Of a DNA stretch of 64,000 bases, positions 28,180 to 39,170 are shown one piece after another. A model generated the notes under the pieces. It did not search any database and had not been told where the DNA came from. It was given only the letters and a program-made list of their open reading frames with translations. Position 1 is the first letter of the stretch; each line of letters begins with the position of its first letter. Origin of the DNA: Promethearchaeota archaeon (GTDB lineage Archaea; Asgardarchaeota; Lokiarchaeia; Sigyniarchaeales; SOKP01); contig JAHLWP010000009.1 in assembly GCA_019057865.1 (NCBI GenBank), positions 68,046-132,045 of the forward strand, in the 5' to 3' direction. The position numbers were made by a program, and so were the translations under genes.

Positions 28180-30519
28180 TTATCTGTTAATAAATTTTTC
28201 AGATAGATTTGATTCTATTTTATCTATTAATTTTTTTAATTCGGTAATATCAGAACTTACATCAATACCCAAATCTGGGCTTAAATTAATAGCTTTTTTA
28301 ATGTACTGAATACCCATATTGTAATCCTTTATATTAAAGTACGCGTAACCCATGAAAAACCATGCTTTGGCAAACTCTTGATCTATTTCAGTTGCTTTCC
28401 TATAATTATTAATGGCTAAATCAAATTCTTTCTTAAGTTTATATACATTCGCCATATTAAAATATGCTAATGAATAATTAGGGTCAATTTCAACGGCTTT
28501 TTTATATGATTCAATAGAACTATCCAACTCATTTTTAGCTTCATAAGCAAGTCCCATGTTATTCCAGGATTCAGCATGTTTAGGATTTAATCTAACCGCT
28601 TTACTAAAATTCTGAATCGCAGCGTCATAGCTCCTTTTATTATTATAGGCAAGACCTAAATGGTAATAAGCATCTACATAGTTTTCATCTAATTCTGTTG
28701 CTCTATTGCACGCTTCAATTGCTATATCAGGATTTTTTCTTAAATTTTGTTTAGTTTTATTAACCAATTCTGTTTTATATCTTTCTCTAATTAAATTTTT
28801 ATTCTGCATATCAGGTTCTTCCATTAACTCATTTATTTTAAGGGCTCGTTCAAAAAATGTGAAACCTTCTTCCCATTTAAATTGTTTAGCTAATTGATTT
28901 CCTCGTTCTATTAAAAGCCTAATTTCATCAGAGTGAACCTCGTCTATTAACTTCTTTATTTTACTCATTTCCTTAATTCTCCGCTTCTCATCATCAATTG
29001 AGTTAGCGTAATCTAGTCGTTTTTTAAGTTTCTCGATCTCTTTTTCTTTAAATTGCTGTGCTTCTGCTAAACCACCTTTACCTACTAGTTGTTTTATCTC
29101 TGTTTGATAAATTAGACCTTTAATCTCTCCTACCTCCTTTTCCATCTCGTCTGTGAGATACATTTTATTAGTTATATCCAAAGCTTCATTGTAAACTGTT
29201 ATAGCTTCCTCATATTCATCTTCATTCTCTAGTTTATTTCCCCTAGTTAGAACTTCTTTTACTTGGGCAGAATACACCTTATTAACTAAATTCTTTAGAT
29301 TTTCAATTTCTTCATTTTCTTCCTCTGGATAGTTCATAATTTTAGCAATACTTATTGCAGAATATAATTGACTCACAGCATCTTCATATTTTTTTTGCAT
29401 TATGTTATTTACCGAATTTTCTTTAATTAAATTAATTCCTGCTAAGCACGCACTATTGATTAGGTCACTAATTTTTTTTACTTCTTGGTCTTTTTTTATA
29501 TCTGGAATCATCGAATTTGCTTTGTCTAAAGCTTCTTTGAAAATTTTAACAGCTTCATTTATTTTAGTTATAGATTCCTCAAATTTATCTTGTTGAGTTA
29601 TTAGTTTTCCTTTTTCTACTATTGGTTTGATTTTTTCAATATAGAAAGGATTTATGATTTCCGCGATGATACTAATTTCAAGGTTTTTTAAATCAGAGTC
29701 ATACATTCTATTTGCGATGTCTAAAGCATTTTTTGATTCTGAAATTGCACTATTAATATTGTTTTGAGTCACTAATTCCCTAGTTTTATCAACAATGGGT
29801 TTAATCTTATTAGAATAAATTTGGTTAACTAAATTTTTTATATTAATAATTTCCTTATTTTTTTGCTCAGGATTGTAAAAACTATCAGTTGATCCTAAAG
29901 CCTTCTCAAATTTTTTTATGGCATCTTCACTTCTACCAGTTAGTTTCAATTGGTTTCCCTTTTCAATAATTAATTTTATTTGAGTTGAACAAGTCTTATC
30001 AATTTCAGCCTTAATTTTATCTTGTTCTTCAATTTTAGGGATACCATCATAAATCTCCTCAGCAATAATTAATGCTTTATTGAATGTTTCGATTGCATCA
30101 TCAAAATTTTTATTTTCTCTTAAATTTACAGCATCTTCTAATAGTTCTTTCAGTTTTGCCTCTTTATCTAATTGATTAATTTCTTTCACTTCAGTTTCTT
30201 TATAATCTGGGTCATCAATGTTATCAGCTACCTTTAATGCTTCCTGAAAATTTTCATAGGCTTTATCAAATTCTTTTTGAGAAACTAAGCGAATAGCTTG
30301 TTGAATATAATCATTTATTTCAACAGAATAAGTTTGATTGATTACATTTTTAATATTATTTATTTCTGTTTCTTTATCTTCAGGCTCTTTAACTTTTTCA
30401 TTAACAAAATCTATAGCTTCATGCAATTTGTCAATTGCTTTTTGATATTTATTTTTATCTTTAAATGTATTGGCTTCTTCAATCATTAAATTTAATTTTT
30501 TCAAAACAGATGCTTTCAT
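28180..30519 (-). CDS. Helical-repeat/TPR protein
   Basis: Canonical C-terminal TPRs (AYYHLGLAY, SWNNMGLAY, AWFFMGYAY) and N-terminal ~48-aa helical repeats. Confidence 0.9.
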   Translation of the reverse strand: MKASVLKKLNLMIEEANTFKDKNKYQKAIDKLHEAIDFVNEKVKEPEDKETEINNIKNVINQTYSVEINDYIQQAIRLVSQKEFDKAYENFQEALKVADNIDDPDYKETEVKEINQLDKEAKLKELLEDAVNLRENKNFDDAIETFNKALIIAEEIYDGIPKIEEQDKIKAEIDKTCSTQIKLIIEKGNQLKLTGRSEDAIKKFEKALGSTDSFYNPEQKNKEIINIKNLVNQIYSNKIKPIVDKTRELVTQNNINSAISESKNALDIANRMYDSDLKNLEISIIAEIINPFYIEKIKPIVEKGKLITQQDKFEESITKINEAVKIFKEALDKANSMIPDIKKDQEVKKISDLINSACLAGINLIKENSVNNIMQKKYEDAVSQLYSAISIAKIMNYPEEENEEIENLKNLVNKVYSAQVKEVLTRGNKLENEDEYEEAITVYNEALDITNKMYLTDEMEKEVGEIKGLIYQTEIKQLVGKGGLAEAQQFKEKEIEKLKKRLDYANSIDDEKRRIKEMSKIKKLIDEVHSDEIRLLIERGNQLAKQFKWEEGFTFFERALKINELMEEPDMQNKNLIRERYKTELVNKTKQNLRKNPDIAIEACNRATELDENYVDAYYHLGLAYNNKRSYDAAIQNFSKAVRLNPKHAESWNNMGLAYEAKNELDSSIESYKKAVEIDPNYSLAYFNMANVYKLKKEFDLAINNYRKATEIDQEFAKAWFFMGYAYFNIKDYNMGIQYIKKAINLSPDLGIDVSSDITELKKLIDKIESNLSEKFINR

Positions 30520-30643
30520 TTTAAATGATCTCCAATTGTTAATCCTAAGAATTATTTTATATTTTTAATATTTTTCTTATAACCTTATTATTTCTTAAAA
30601 TATATGTAAAAAGTATTAATTTGAACAATTCAAAGAGCTAATA

Positions 30644-31216
30644 ATGACTCGAGAGTATCCCGAGAAAAAGTATCCCACCATCGCTTGCTGTGGATTAGAT
30701 TGTGGGCTGTGTCCTGTTTATTACACCAAAGGACCTTCAAGATGTCCAGGATGTTGTGGTCCTGATTTTTTCAATAAACATCCATTATGCTCAATAATTA
30801 CATGTTGCATAAAAAAGCATAACTTTGAGACTTGTGCGGAGTGTAGCGAATTTCCATGTTCTAAAATAAATAAATGGGATAAGTATGATTCGTTTATCTC
30901 TCATCGAGTATCACTTTCAAATCTATATTTTATAAAAGAACATGGTTTAAGTGTTTTCATTGAGCAACAAGAAAAAAGAATTGAGTTGCTTAAGAAAATG
31001 TTAGAGGATTTTAATGAAGGACAATCAAAAAGTTTTTATTGTATTGCTACAGCCTTACTTCCAATAAAGAATTTAGAACATGCCCTTGAAGAAAGTGAGG
31101 AAATAATAAAAAATAAAACTATTAATTTAAAAGATTTAAAAACCAAATCTAAAATCCTTAAAGAGAAAATCAATGAGATTGCTAATAAAAAGAAGATAGA
31201 ATTAAAACTTCGATAG
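30644..31216 (+). CDS. DUF3795-like Cys-rich protein
   Basis: CCGLDCGLCP, CPGC, CAECSEFPC. Confidence 0.85.
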   Translation: MTREYPEKKYPTIACCGLDCGLCPVYYTKGPSRCPGCCGPDFFNKHPLCSIITCCIKKHNFETCAECSEFPCSKINKWDKYDSFISHRVSLSNLYFIKEHGLSVFIEQQEKRIELLKKMLEDFNEGQSKSFYCIATALLPIKNLEHALEESEEIIKNKTINLKDLKTKSKILKEKINEIANKKKIELKLR

Positions 31217-31299
31217 AAATAGATTTTTAAATAGTAAAATAATTTTGTATTATATCTAAAAAAATTAAATATTTCGATCATAAAAAAGAGGTGAATTCA

Positions 31300-31659
31300 A
31301 TGGAATCAGATCGTAAATCTATTTTAAAGGAAGGATATATGAAGATTTTTGCCCTGTCTATTCTTTTATTAATCGTTGGAATTATATTAGTAGCTATAGG
31401 TAGTATATGGTCAATAATAATTGACGAAAAAATTGATACGCCGTGGGAGAGTGAAGCCTATGGTGATACGATGATGATTTTTGCAACTTTAACAACACTT
31501 TTCCTACAATTAGGTTTTGTAATCTTTTCTTTCTCTACTTTTATGGGTGCCTTGGTTGATAAAACGCTTTCTGGAGAAGTTAGAAGAGGAATGCTTTTTG
31601 CATCAGGATTTGGAATTTTAGCTCTAAGTTTAATGACAATATCCATAATTATAATTTAA
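31300..31659 (+). CDS. Three-TM membrane protein (paralog A)
   Basis: SD GAGGTGA, 5 nt, then ATG 31300; motif QLG..IF..STF.G.L.D.TLS.EVR.GM.FAS. Confidence 0.75.
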   Translation: MESDRKSILKEGYMKIFALSILLLIVGIILVAIGSIWSIIIDEKIDTPWESEAYGDTMMIFATLTTLFLQLGFVIFSFSTFMGALVDKTLSGEVRRGMLFASGFGILALSLMTISIIII

Positions 31660-31790
31660 TAACGCGAGCGTTTAGTAGATTTACAAGAAATTATCAAAGT
31701 TGCCTTATATATAAATCAATCAAATTGAAATTAGGAAAAAGTTTAAATTTTAATATCTTTTTTTTTTCTTTTCAAATAAAAAGAGTAAGA

Positions 31791-32357
31791 ATTTCAGAGA
31801 GAAGAGTGTTTTATGGGGGCTCAATTATTACTATGAATCCTAAACAACCTTATGTAAATGCTGTGGGGTTTGCTGGTGAAAAAATTAGAGCTATTGGAGA
31901 GTTAAAAGAAGTTAAAAAAGAGCTTGGTAAGGCTGAAATGATAGAATTGGAAGGCAATTCTCTCGTTCCTGGTTTTATTGATTGTCATCTCCATCCTATT
32001 CAATTCCTTCTCCACTTATTAAACCCTGATCTCTCAAATGTTAAACGTTTAGAAGATATTCAATCAAATTTGAAAAAAGCTGTAGAAAAGAAAAGCGTAG
32101 ATGAGTTAACCATCGGATTTAATTTTTCTGAAGAGAATTTTGATTTTCCAGTGTTACCTACTCAATGGGATTTAGATAATGCATGCCCTAATAAACTTGT
32201 TTTTGTTTTAAGATATGATGGGCATATAGGAGTGGCAAACAGTAAAGCACTAGAATTAGCAGGAATAGATGAAAATATGGTGATTCCAGGAGGAGAGATA
32301 AGGAAAAACAAGAATGAAATTATAGGAGTTGCCCTCTCTAATAAGGTAAAAGTTTAA
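31791..32357 (+). pseudogene. Truncated amidohydrolase-3 copy (N-terminal third)
   Basis: Near-identical to the 32857 gene up to GGEIRKN, then stops; C-terminal metal ligands are missing. Confidence 0.8.
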
Positions 32358-32395
32358 ATAATATCTTATCAATAAAAACATATCATTTAAAAAAG

Positions 32396-32758
32396 GTGAA
32401 AGCTATTTCAAAAGAAGTATTTCGTAGATTTTGGGCAGAGAAAAATTATTTAAAGATTTTTGTTGTGTCTATTATCTTATTAATTTTGGGAGTTATATTA
32501 ATGTTTGCAAGAAATATGTTGATTACTTACGCTGATCCTGATACTCCGAAGAAAGTGGAACTCTATCTTGAAACTTTGGACTCTCTTGCAACGTTCATTC
32601 AACTTTTCTTTCAATTAGGGATGATATTATTTGCCGTATCTACTTTTTTAGGAGGATTGAGAGATGACACACTTTCAGCTGAAGTTAGAAAAGGAATGAT
32701 TTTTGCCTCAAGCGTAGCAATGGTAGGTTTTGTAATAGTAATGGTTTTCATTATATAA
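32396..32758 (+). CDS. Three-TM membrane protein (paralog B)
   Basis: Same motif as the 31300 gene. The GTG 32396 sits inside the SD, so the start is probably ATT 32405. Confidence 0.75.
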   Translation: MKAISKEVFRRFWAEKNYLKIFVVSIILLILGVILMFARNMLITYADPDTPKKVELYLETLDSLATFIQLFFQLGMILFAVSTFLGGLRDDTLSAEVRKGMIFASSVAMVGFVIVMVFII

Positions 32759-32856
32759 TAACTGTTAAACCAGTTGACTTGAAATTAGGAAAAAATTTAA
32801 CTTTTAATATCTTTTTTTTTTTAATTCTTTTTAAGTAATTAGAGAGAGAATTTTAT

Positions 32857-34470
32857 ATGAGTAAAGTAGAATCTAAGAGTAAAGTGTTTTATGGGGGCAC
32901 AATTATTACAATGAATCCTAAACAACCTCTTGTAAATGCTGTGGGGATTCTGGGTGAAAAAATTGTTGCAATTGGAGAGTTAAAAGAAGTTACAAAAGAG
33001 CTTGGTGAGGAACTTGAAATAATAGAATTGAAAGGAAACACTCTCATTCCTGGATTTATTGACTGTCATCTCCATCCTATTCAATTCCTTCTCCACTTAT
33101 TGAACCCAGATCTTTCAAATGTTAAACGTCTAGAAGACCTTCAGTCAATTTTGAAAAAAGCTGTAGAAGAGAAAAGCGTAGATGAGTTAACTATTGGATT
33201 TAATTTTTCTGAAGAGAAATTTGATGATCCTGTGTTACCTACCAGATGGGATTTAGATAGAGCTTGCCCTAATAAACCTGTTTTTATTTTAAGATATGAT
33301 GGGCATATAGGAGTAGCGAACAGTAAAGCACTAGAATTAGCAGAAATAGATGAAAATACAGAGATTCCAGGTGGAGAGATAAGGAAAAATGAGAAGGGTG
33401 AACTAGCTGGAGTAATATCAGAAAAGGCATTATCTCTTATTCTCTCTAAAATAACCATTCCAAAGAAAGAAGATTTGGATAAAGCTGCCTCAAAAGCATT
33501 TGAAATTTTTGCCAGCAATGGAATAACATCATTACAGGGTATTGTCTACTATGGTAAAAAAAGTGAATATGGCCTTTTTGGATCATCAGAGATCTCCATT
33601 TTAACCTCTATTCAAGATAAAATACTTCAAGATTGGTATATCATGGTAAATACAGAAGATCCACTAAAGCTTATAGATTTAAAAAAACCTCCCTTAGATG
33701 AGGGAAAGAAAGATGGAAAATTTAAAGTTGGCAGTTTAAAATTATTTCTTGATGGAAGTTTCGGAGCAAAAACAGCTTGTATGTTTGAACCATTTTCTGA
33801 TGATCCCGAAATGTGCGGCTTTTGTGTAGTTGATGAGGATAAAATATATGAAAAAATGAAATTGGCCCATAATAATGGATTTCAAATTGTTATACACTCA
33901 ATTGGCGATAAAGCAAATAGAATTGCAATAGACTTATATAAAAGGCTTTTAAATGAATTTCCTAGAAATAATCATAGACATCGAATTGAACATGCTTCTA
34001 TGTTAACAAAGGATGTAATTGAAGATATGAAAAATTATGGATTAATCGCATCTTGCCAGCCACCATTTATAAATTCTGAATACACTTGGTTAGAAAAAAG
34101 AATTGGAAAAGAACGTTGTAAATATACTTATCCATTTAAATCTTTAGTTAATAGTGGTGTAGTCTTAGTCTCCGGTTCTGATTGTCCTGTTGAAGATACA
34201 AACGTTATTTCGGGACTACACGCATTAGTGACTCGAAATAATTTTGTACCTGAAGAATGTTTAACAATTGAAGAAGCATTAAAAACATACACGATAAATG
34301 GCGCTTATGCCGCGTTTGAAGAAGAAATAAAGGGTAGTATTGAAGTTGGAAAATTTGCTGATTTAGTCATTTTAGATAAAAATCCCTTAGAAGTTTCTAA
34401 AGAAGAAATACAAAAAATCCAAGTTCTTGAAACTATAATCAGAGGAAAGACTGTATTTAAGAAAAAATGA
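32857..34470 (+). CDS. Amidohydrolase 3 family (YtcJ-like)
   Basis: PGFIDCHLH, KLFLDGS, HSIGD, HRIEHA, GSDCPV, GSIEVGKFAD. Confidence 0.93.
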   Translation: MSKVESKSKVFYGGTIITMNPKQPLVNAVGILGEKIVAIGELKEVTKELGEELEIIELKGNTLIPGFIDCHLHPIQFLLHLLNPDLSNVKRLEDLQSILKKAVEEKSVDELTIGFNFSEEKFDDPVLPTRWDLDRACPNKPVFILRYDGHIGVANSKALELAEIDENTEIPGGEIRKNEKGELAGVISEKALSLILSKITIPKKEDLDKAASKAFEIFASNGITSLQGIVYYGKKSEYGLFGSSEISILTSIQDKILQDWYIMVNTEDPLKLIDLKKPPLDEGKKDGKFKVGSLKLFLDGSFGAKTACMFEPFSDDPEMCGFCVVDEDKIYEKMKLAHNNGFQIVIHSIGDKANRIAIDLYKRLLNEFPRNNHRHRIEHASMLTKDVIEDMKNYGLIASCQPPFINSEYTWLEKRIGKERCKYTYPFKSLVNSGVVLVSGSDCPVEDTNVISGLHALVTRNNFVPEECLTIEEALKTYTINGAYAAFEEEIKGSIEVGKFADLVILDKNPLEVSKEEIQKIQVLETIIRGKTVFKKK

Positions 34471-34492
34471 ATTATTAAGAGGAGTAAATTAA

Positions 34493-36115
34493 TTGAATGA
34501 AAATAAATTAAAGAAAAAAATTTTTTATAATGGTTCGATCATCACTATGAACGAATCACAACCTTTTGTTGAAGCTGTCTGCATTGAAGGAGAAAAAATT
34601 ATTGCTGTTGGCTCTCTAGAAGACATTCAAGCAAAAGTAAACGATAATTATGCGTTAGTAGACTTAAAAGGAAAAACTCTCCTTCCTGGATTTATAGATT
34701 GTCACATGCATGCAATTGGAGCACTTTTTTTTTTACTATATCCTGATTTTTCTAAAATAAGAAGTTTAAAGGAACTAAAGCAAATTTTAAAAGATATTCT
34801 TAAGGATAAAAAACCTAATGAATTGATTTTAGGATTTAAATTAGATGAACAAAGATTTGATGATCCTGTGTTACCTACCCGATGGGATTTAGATCAAGTG
34901 AGTCCTAATAATCCCGTATTTATTTTTCGTCATGATACTCATTCAGGAGTGGCTAATAGTAAGGTTTTAGAATTAGCAGGAATCAATAATGATACAATAT
35001 CACCAGGAGGAGGTGAAATCCAGCGAAATGAGGAAGGCGATATAACAGGTATTTTAAAAGAAAATGCAACAAATTTAATATTTTCAATAATTACACTCCC
35101 AGATTCGGACACAATTAAAGAAGTAGCTTCAGAATTTTTTGGAAGTCTGGCAGCAAAAGGGATAACCTCAATTCATGGGGTAATCGAAATGGATAGAAAG
35201 GGAGGAGTAGAGAATTTAGGCGGAGTCGCTATACCAATTTTAAAAACCATTAAAGAAAACATTTTGCAAAATTATTACAGCATAGTTTATACAGCAAATC
35301 CAAAAAAACTGAAAAGAATCAAAAAACTACCTTTGGACGAAGGAAAAAGAGATAGTAAATTTAAAGTGGGGTGTATTAAAGCCTGGATGGATGGAGTTTT
35401 GGGAGCGTCTACAGCTCTTATGCATGATGCTTATTCAGATCAACCAGAAAATTATGGATATGGTGTAATTAATGAAGATGAACTTTATAATCGGATGAAA
35501 ATTGCCCATAATCTTGGATTTCAAATAGCAATTCATGCGATTGGTGATAAAGCAAATAGAATTGTAGTGAATTTATATAAAAGGCTTTTAAAGGAATTCC
35601 CTCGGGAAAATCATAGACACCGAATCGAACATGCCTCTGTATTAACAAGAGATATTATAAAAGATATGAGAGATTACGGAATTATTGCTTCCTGTCAACC
35701 TGCTTTTATTCATTCAGACTCTAATTGGCTTGAAAAAAGATTGGGAAAAGAGAGATGTAACAATACATATCCTTTCAAATCAATAGTTGATGCGGGAGTA
35801 ATTCTAGCTGCTGGTTCTGATTGTCCTGTTGAGAATCCTGATCCAATTCTAGGTCTTCACTGTATGGTTACTCGAAATGGATTTATTCCAGAAGAATGTT
35901 TGACAATAGAAGCTGCCTTAAAAGCTTATACAATAAATGGGGCTTATACTTCTTTTGAAGAAGATATAAAAGGAAGCATTGAAGTTGGAAAATTAGCAGA
36001 TTTTGTAATTCTAGATAAAAATCCTCTCAAAGTTCCAAAAGATAGAATTAGAGAAATTCAGGTTATTGAGACAATTATAAGAGGGAGAACTGTATATAAA
36101 AAAGAGTTTAAATAA
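34493..36115 (+). CDS. Amidohydrolase 3 family (YtcJ-like), paralog
   Basis: PGFIDCHMH, HAIGD, HRIEHA, GSDCPV. Confidence 0.93.
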   Translation: MNENKLKKKIFYNGSIITMNESQPFVEAVCIEGEKIIAVGSLEDIQAKVNDNYALVDLKGKTLLPGFIDCHMHAIGALFFLLYPDFSKIRSLKELKQILKDILKDKKPNELILGFKLDEQRFDDPVLPTRWDLDQVSPNNPVFIFRHDTHSGVANSKVLELAGINNDTISPGGGEIQRNEEGDITGILKENATNLIFSIITLPDSDTIKEVASEFFGSLAAKGITSIHGVIEMDRKGGVENLGGVAIPILKTIKENILQNYYSIVYTANPKKLKRIKKLPLDEGKRDSKFKVGCIKAWMDGVLGASTALMHDAYSDQPENYGYGVINEDELYNRMKIAHNLGFQIAIHAIGDKANRIVVNLYKRLLKEFPRENHRHRIEHASVLTRDIIKDMRDYGIIASCQPAFIHSDSNWLEKRLGKERCNNTYPFKSIVDAGVILAAGSDCPVENPDPILGLHCMVTRNGFIPEECLTIEAALKAYTINGAYTSFEEDIKGSIEVGKLADFVILDKNPLKVPKDRIREIQVIETIIRGRTVYKKEFK

Positions 36116-36178
36116 AAAATGTCATCTAATCTGTTCCTATTTAAAGAATAGATATCATCTCATATAAAATAGTCAGAC

Positions 36179-36925
36179 TTACTGATAAGATAATAGGAAT
36201 GATTCAATTTTATTCAGATTTTCTTCTTTTCTTCTATCAAAAGCGTTTTTATCTTCGTTTTTCTCTTTTTTAGGTATTAATTTAATAGTTAATTTTTTTG
36301 TTTTTGTCTTCCCCTCTTTTTCATATTCAAGGTCAGTTTTATACTGTACCAAATTCTTCTTTTTTTCAATTTTATACGGATTAATAATAGGATAGAAATG
36401 TTCGAATTTAGTTAATTCTGTTTCAGAAAAATCATCACCCATTATTTTTTGCATCGTGTGTCTGAATGCTTTATGTGATGTGTCATAGATCGAGCTGGAT
36501 ATAGTTTTTGCAATACCCCTTACTCCAGAAGATTGTGAATATATTCCTATTCCTAATACTCTTAATTTAGTGATATAGATAACACCTGTAAGTAAACTAC
36601 CCCATGTAGCACCTATTCTAGAAATTTGTCCTGAAAAATAATATTCTATAGGTTCATGCTTACTTAAAGCATATTTTTCCATTAAAATCTTATCCATTTC
36701 CATTAGTTGATCTATTGAAAGTACTTTTTCTGCATATATCCTGAAAAGATAGTAGCTTTTGCTCAATGTAAAATTAGTATCTTCTGTGATCAATTTACCA
36801 TAGAAATCGTAAAAATCTGGCAGATTATTCTGTTTTTCTGTTAATACATTACCCATCGCTTTAGCAAATTTCGTTTTTTTTCCAGAACTTATAATAGTTC
36901 TCAGATCTTCAAAACTCAAACTCAT
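36179..36925 (-). CDS. Hypothetical protein, possible PH/GRAM-like fold
   Basis: 248-aa ORF containing GVIYITKLRVLG. Confidence 0.6.
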   Translation of the reverse strand: MSLSFEDLRTIISSGKKTKFAKAMGNVLTEKQNNLPDFYDFYGKLITEDTNFTLSKSYYLFRIYAEKVLSIDQLMEMDKILMEKYALSKHEPIEYYFSGQISRIGATWGSLLTGVIYITKLRVLGIGIYSQSSGVRGIAKTISSSIYDTSHKAFRHTMQKIMGDDFSETELTKFEHFYPIINPYKIEKKKNLVQYKTDLEYEKEGKTKTKKLTIKLIPKKEKNEDKNAFDRRKEENLNKIESFLLSYQ

Positions 36926-37243
36926 AATTATTACTCACAAATTTGTAATTATTTAACTTCCATTTTTATTATAATCCGAATCAATAAATAGTGTTGAATC
37001 AGATTTAGTCCCTTGAATAAATAATATAATTAATAATATTTTGAAATATAAAAGTTTATCAATGAGTCAATTTCCTTATTTTTAAGTTATGTTGTAGATT
37101 AATCGAGAAGTTTGCGGAATTCAGGTTCTCCTATACATTTAGTGCTTAGAAATAACTCTTCTTGAATTTTATTTCATTGGATTCCTTAAATATAGATTTT
37201 ATAACTTAGATTTAGAAAAAACATAAAAATAATAAAAAGACAT

Positions 37244-38407
37244 CTAATCTGTAAAATAAAGGTGTTCATCAAAACCAGTTTCAGCGATTAAATCTTGTCC
37301 TAATTTTTGAATTGCTTTTTTAGTAGGATTCTGTAATATTCTCCTTGCAAGATGAATGACTTTTGTTAATTTACCATCTGAAAAATCCTTTATAATTTGA
37401 TCATATCTTCCAAAATTAATTCCTGCTGTATAGACACCCGCACTTCCATGACCTGCTGAGGAAGAAACTTGCCAATGTTCTACTTTTAATTCTATTTTAG
37501 ATAAAAGGGCTGAGCAAAAGAACCAATCCAAGTAGAGATCCATTCTTTTTGACTTTCTTTTCGTATCTTTTAGCCACTTATATGCCCGGTTTAATCTATC
37601 AGGATGTATTTGCTTAAAAACTCTTTCATAATAATCAGTCATTTTATCCTTAACATGAGCTTTAATGAGTTGTAGTATTTCTTCAACTTTTTGGGCTCTT
37701 TCACCAGTTATATCATGTTCAATTGATTCAATATGGTGTGCGATTACATTTTGCATTTCTTGACTATCAATAGTAGGTACCTCTTGAGAACTTAAATTAT
37801 TTTGTGAACTAGATGTACTAGGACTTTCTTGTTGGAGTTCAGAAGGCATGTTATAGATCTCTTTTGGAGGGAGGGTGAATATATTATCTAGCATTGAAGG
37901 ATCTTGTCTAACTTCTCTAAATTTATCTTCGATTTCTTGGGATGAATAACCTAGATTTGATAAATAAAAAGCAGCACTTGCAAGTTGATTTTCTAGAGCT
38001 GCTGAAGTACTGTAGCTCGGTCCAAATTCTTTTTCTAACTGTTCATCAGCTAATTTACTAATGTTTGCTTCCTTTATTTCATTTAATTTTATTGATCCTA
38101 ACTTTGTAAGAATATATTGAATTTGATTAGAAGATAAATAATGTAAATTTCCCGTAGGACCGATCATTAATGAAATTTTTTCCATTTTTTTAAGTATTTC
38201 ATCTAGATCTGCTGGATTTTTTCCTTTTGATATAATTAAGAAGTGTTCTAAGAAATTTTTATTAAAACCAGCTACAATGTTCAGGTGTTTTTCATCATAT
38301 TTGCTGAGATGCTCATTTATTTTATGTCCTTCAAAATCAGTAGGAAGGTTTATGTTATATACCATAATATTGTCGATAATCATATAAACATAATCTGATT
38401 TCTGCAT
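37244..38407 (-). CDS. Hypothetical protein with Ser/Gln-rich linker
   Basis: 387-aa ORF; no family recognised. Confidence 0.7.
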   Translation of the reverse strand: MQKSDYVYMIIDNIMVYNINLPTDFEGHKINEHLSKYDEKHLNIVAGFNKNFLEHFLIISKGKNPADLDEILKKMEKISLMIGPTGNLHYLSSNQIQYILTKLGSIKLNEIKEANISKLADEQLEKEFGPSYSTSAALENQLASAAFYLSNLGYSSQEIEDKFREVRQDPSMLDNIFTLPPKEIYNMPSELQQESPSTSSSQNNLSSQEVPTIDSQEMQNVIAHHIESIEHDITGERAQKVEEILQLIKAHVKDKMTDYYERVFKQIHPDRLNRAYKWLKDTKRKSKRMDLYLDWFFCSALLSKIELKVEHWQVSSSAGHGSAGVYTAGINFGRYDQIIKDFSDGKLTKVIHLARRILQNPTKKAIQKLGQDLIAETGFDEHLYFTD

Positions 38408-38589
38408 ATACTCTCTGAACTTACTGTTAATTTAGATATAAATAGTTATGGTTTTAAACTTGAAATAAATTCTAATTTTTCATATAAATAATTAAAGTTA
38501 TATCTTATATACTTTACATTATAGAAAATTGTAATTAAAGACCAATCTTTAGCTTTATTATTTTTAGATATAATTATTTAAAATAAATT

Positions 38590-39090
38590 TTATTTTCTTT
38601 TTTTATATTTTTTAGCTATTCTTCTAGCCAGATTCATTTGTTCTTTTGTTTCTAAACTACATGGTCTTAGCTTTCGAATCCAATGTACTGGATCAATACC
38701 ATCAGGAATATATCCATTATGAGCTGCCCATGCTACAACCATTATGCCAGTTCTCCCGCAACCTGCTACGCAATGAACTACTATTGCTTCCCCATTAACT
38801 TTATGTCTGTTAGTAACCTCAAAAAATTTATCTAATTGCGTTTCTGATGGAGTACCATAGTCAGGGATATTAATGTGTAAATATTTGAAATTTTTAGGTA
38901 TATCCTTTCGATTATTAAATTCAGAACAGTTTATTATTACTTTTATCCCCTCTTTCTTATATCTGTCAATTAACTGAGGATCAGGCCACCAAGAAGCCGC
39001 TAATTTACCTTTAACAATCCATGTAAGTGGTTCTGTTCTATGAGGTTGTCCTCCTTCTGGCCAATACCATGGGCGTACCAAATTGTTCAC
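38590..39090 (-). CDS. Dual-specificity protein phosphatase (PTP/DSP)
   Basis: HCVAGCGRTG (CX5R), IPDYGTP acid loop, IRKLRP.SLET.EQ. Confidence 0.93.
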   Translation of the reverse strand: MNNLVRPWYWPEGGQPHRTEPLTWIVKGKLAASWWPDPQLIDRYKKEGIKVIINCSEFNNRKDIPKNFKYLHINIPDYGTPSETQLDKFFEVTNRHKVNGEAIVVHCVAGCGRTGIMVVAWAAHNGYIPDGIDPVHWIRKLRPCSLETKEQMNLARRIAKKYKKRK

Positions 39091-39170
39091 GATTAAAGAA
39101 AAAGTTATCTTTAATCTTTATAATAGTTCAAATCTAATAATACTTAATGACAAAGATTGCGTGAAAATAT

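Larger units (their letters stand above)
31725..33390 (+). repeat. Direct segmental duplication: 31725-~32310 vs 32779-~33390
   Basis: Both copies begin TTGAAATTAGGAAAAA(G/A)TTTAA(A/C)TTTTAATATCTTTTTTTTT and stay highly similar through GGAGAGATAAGGAAAAA. Confidence 0.85.
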
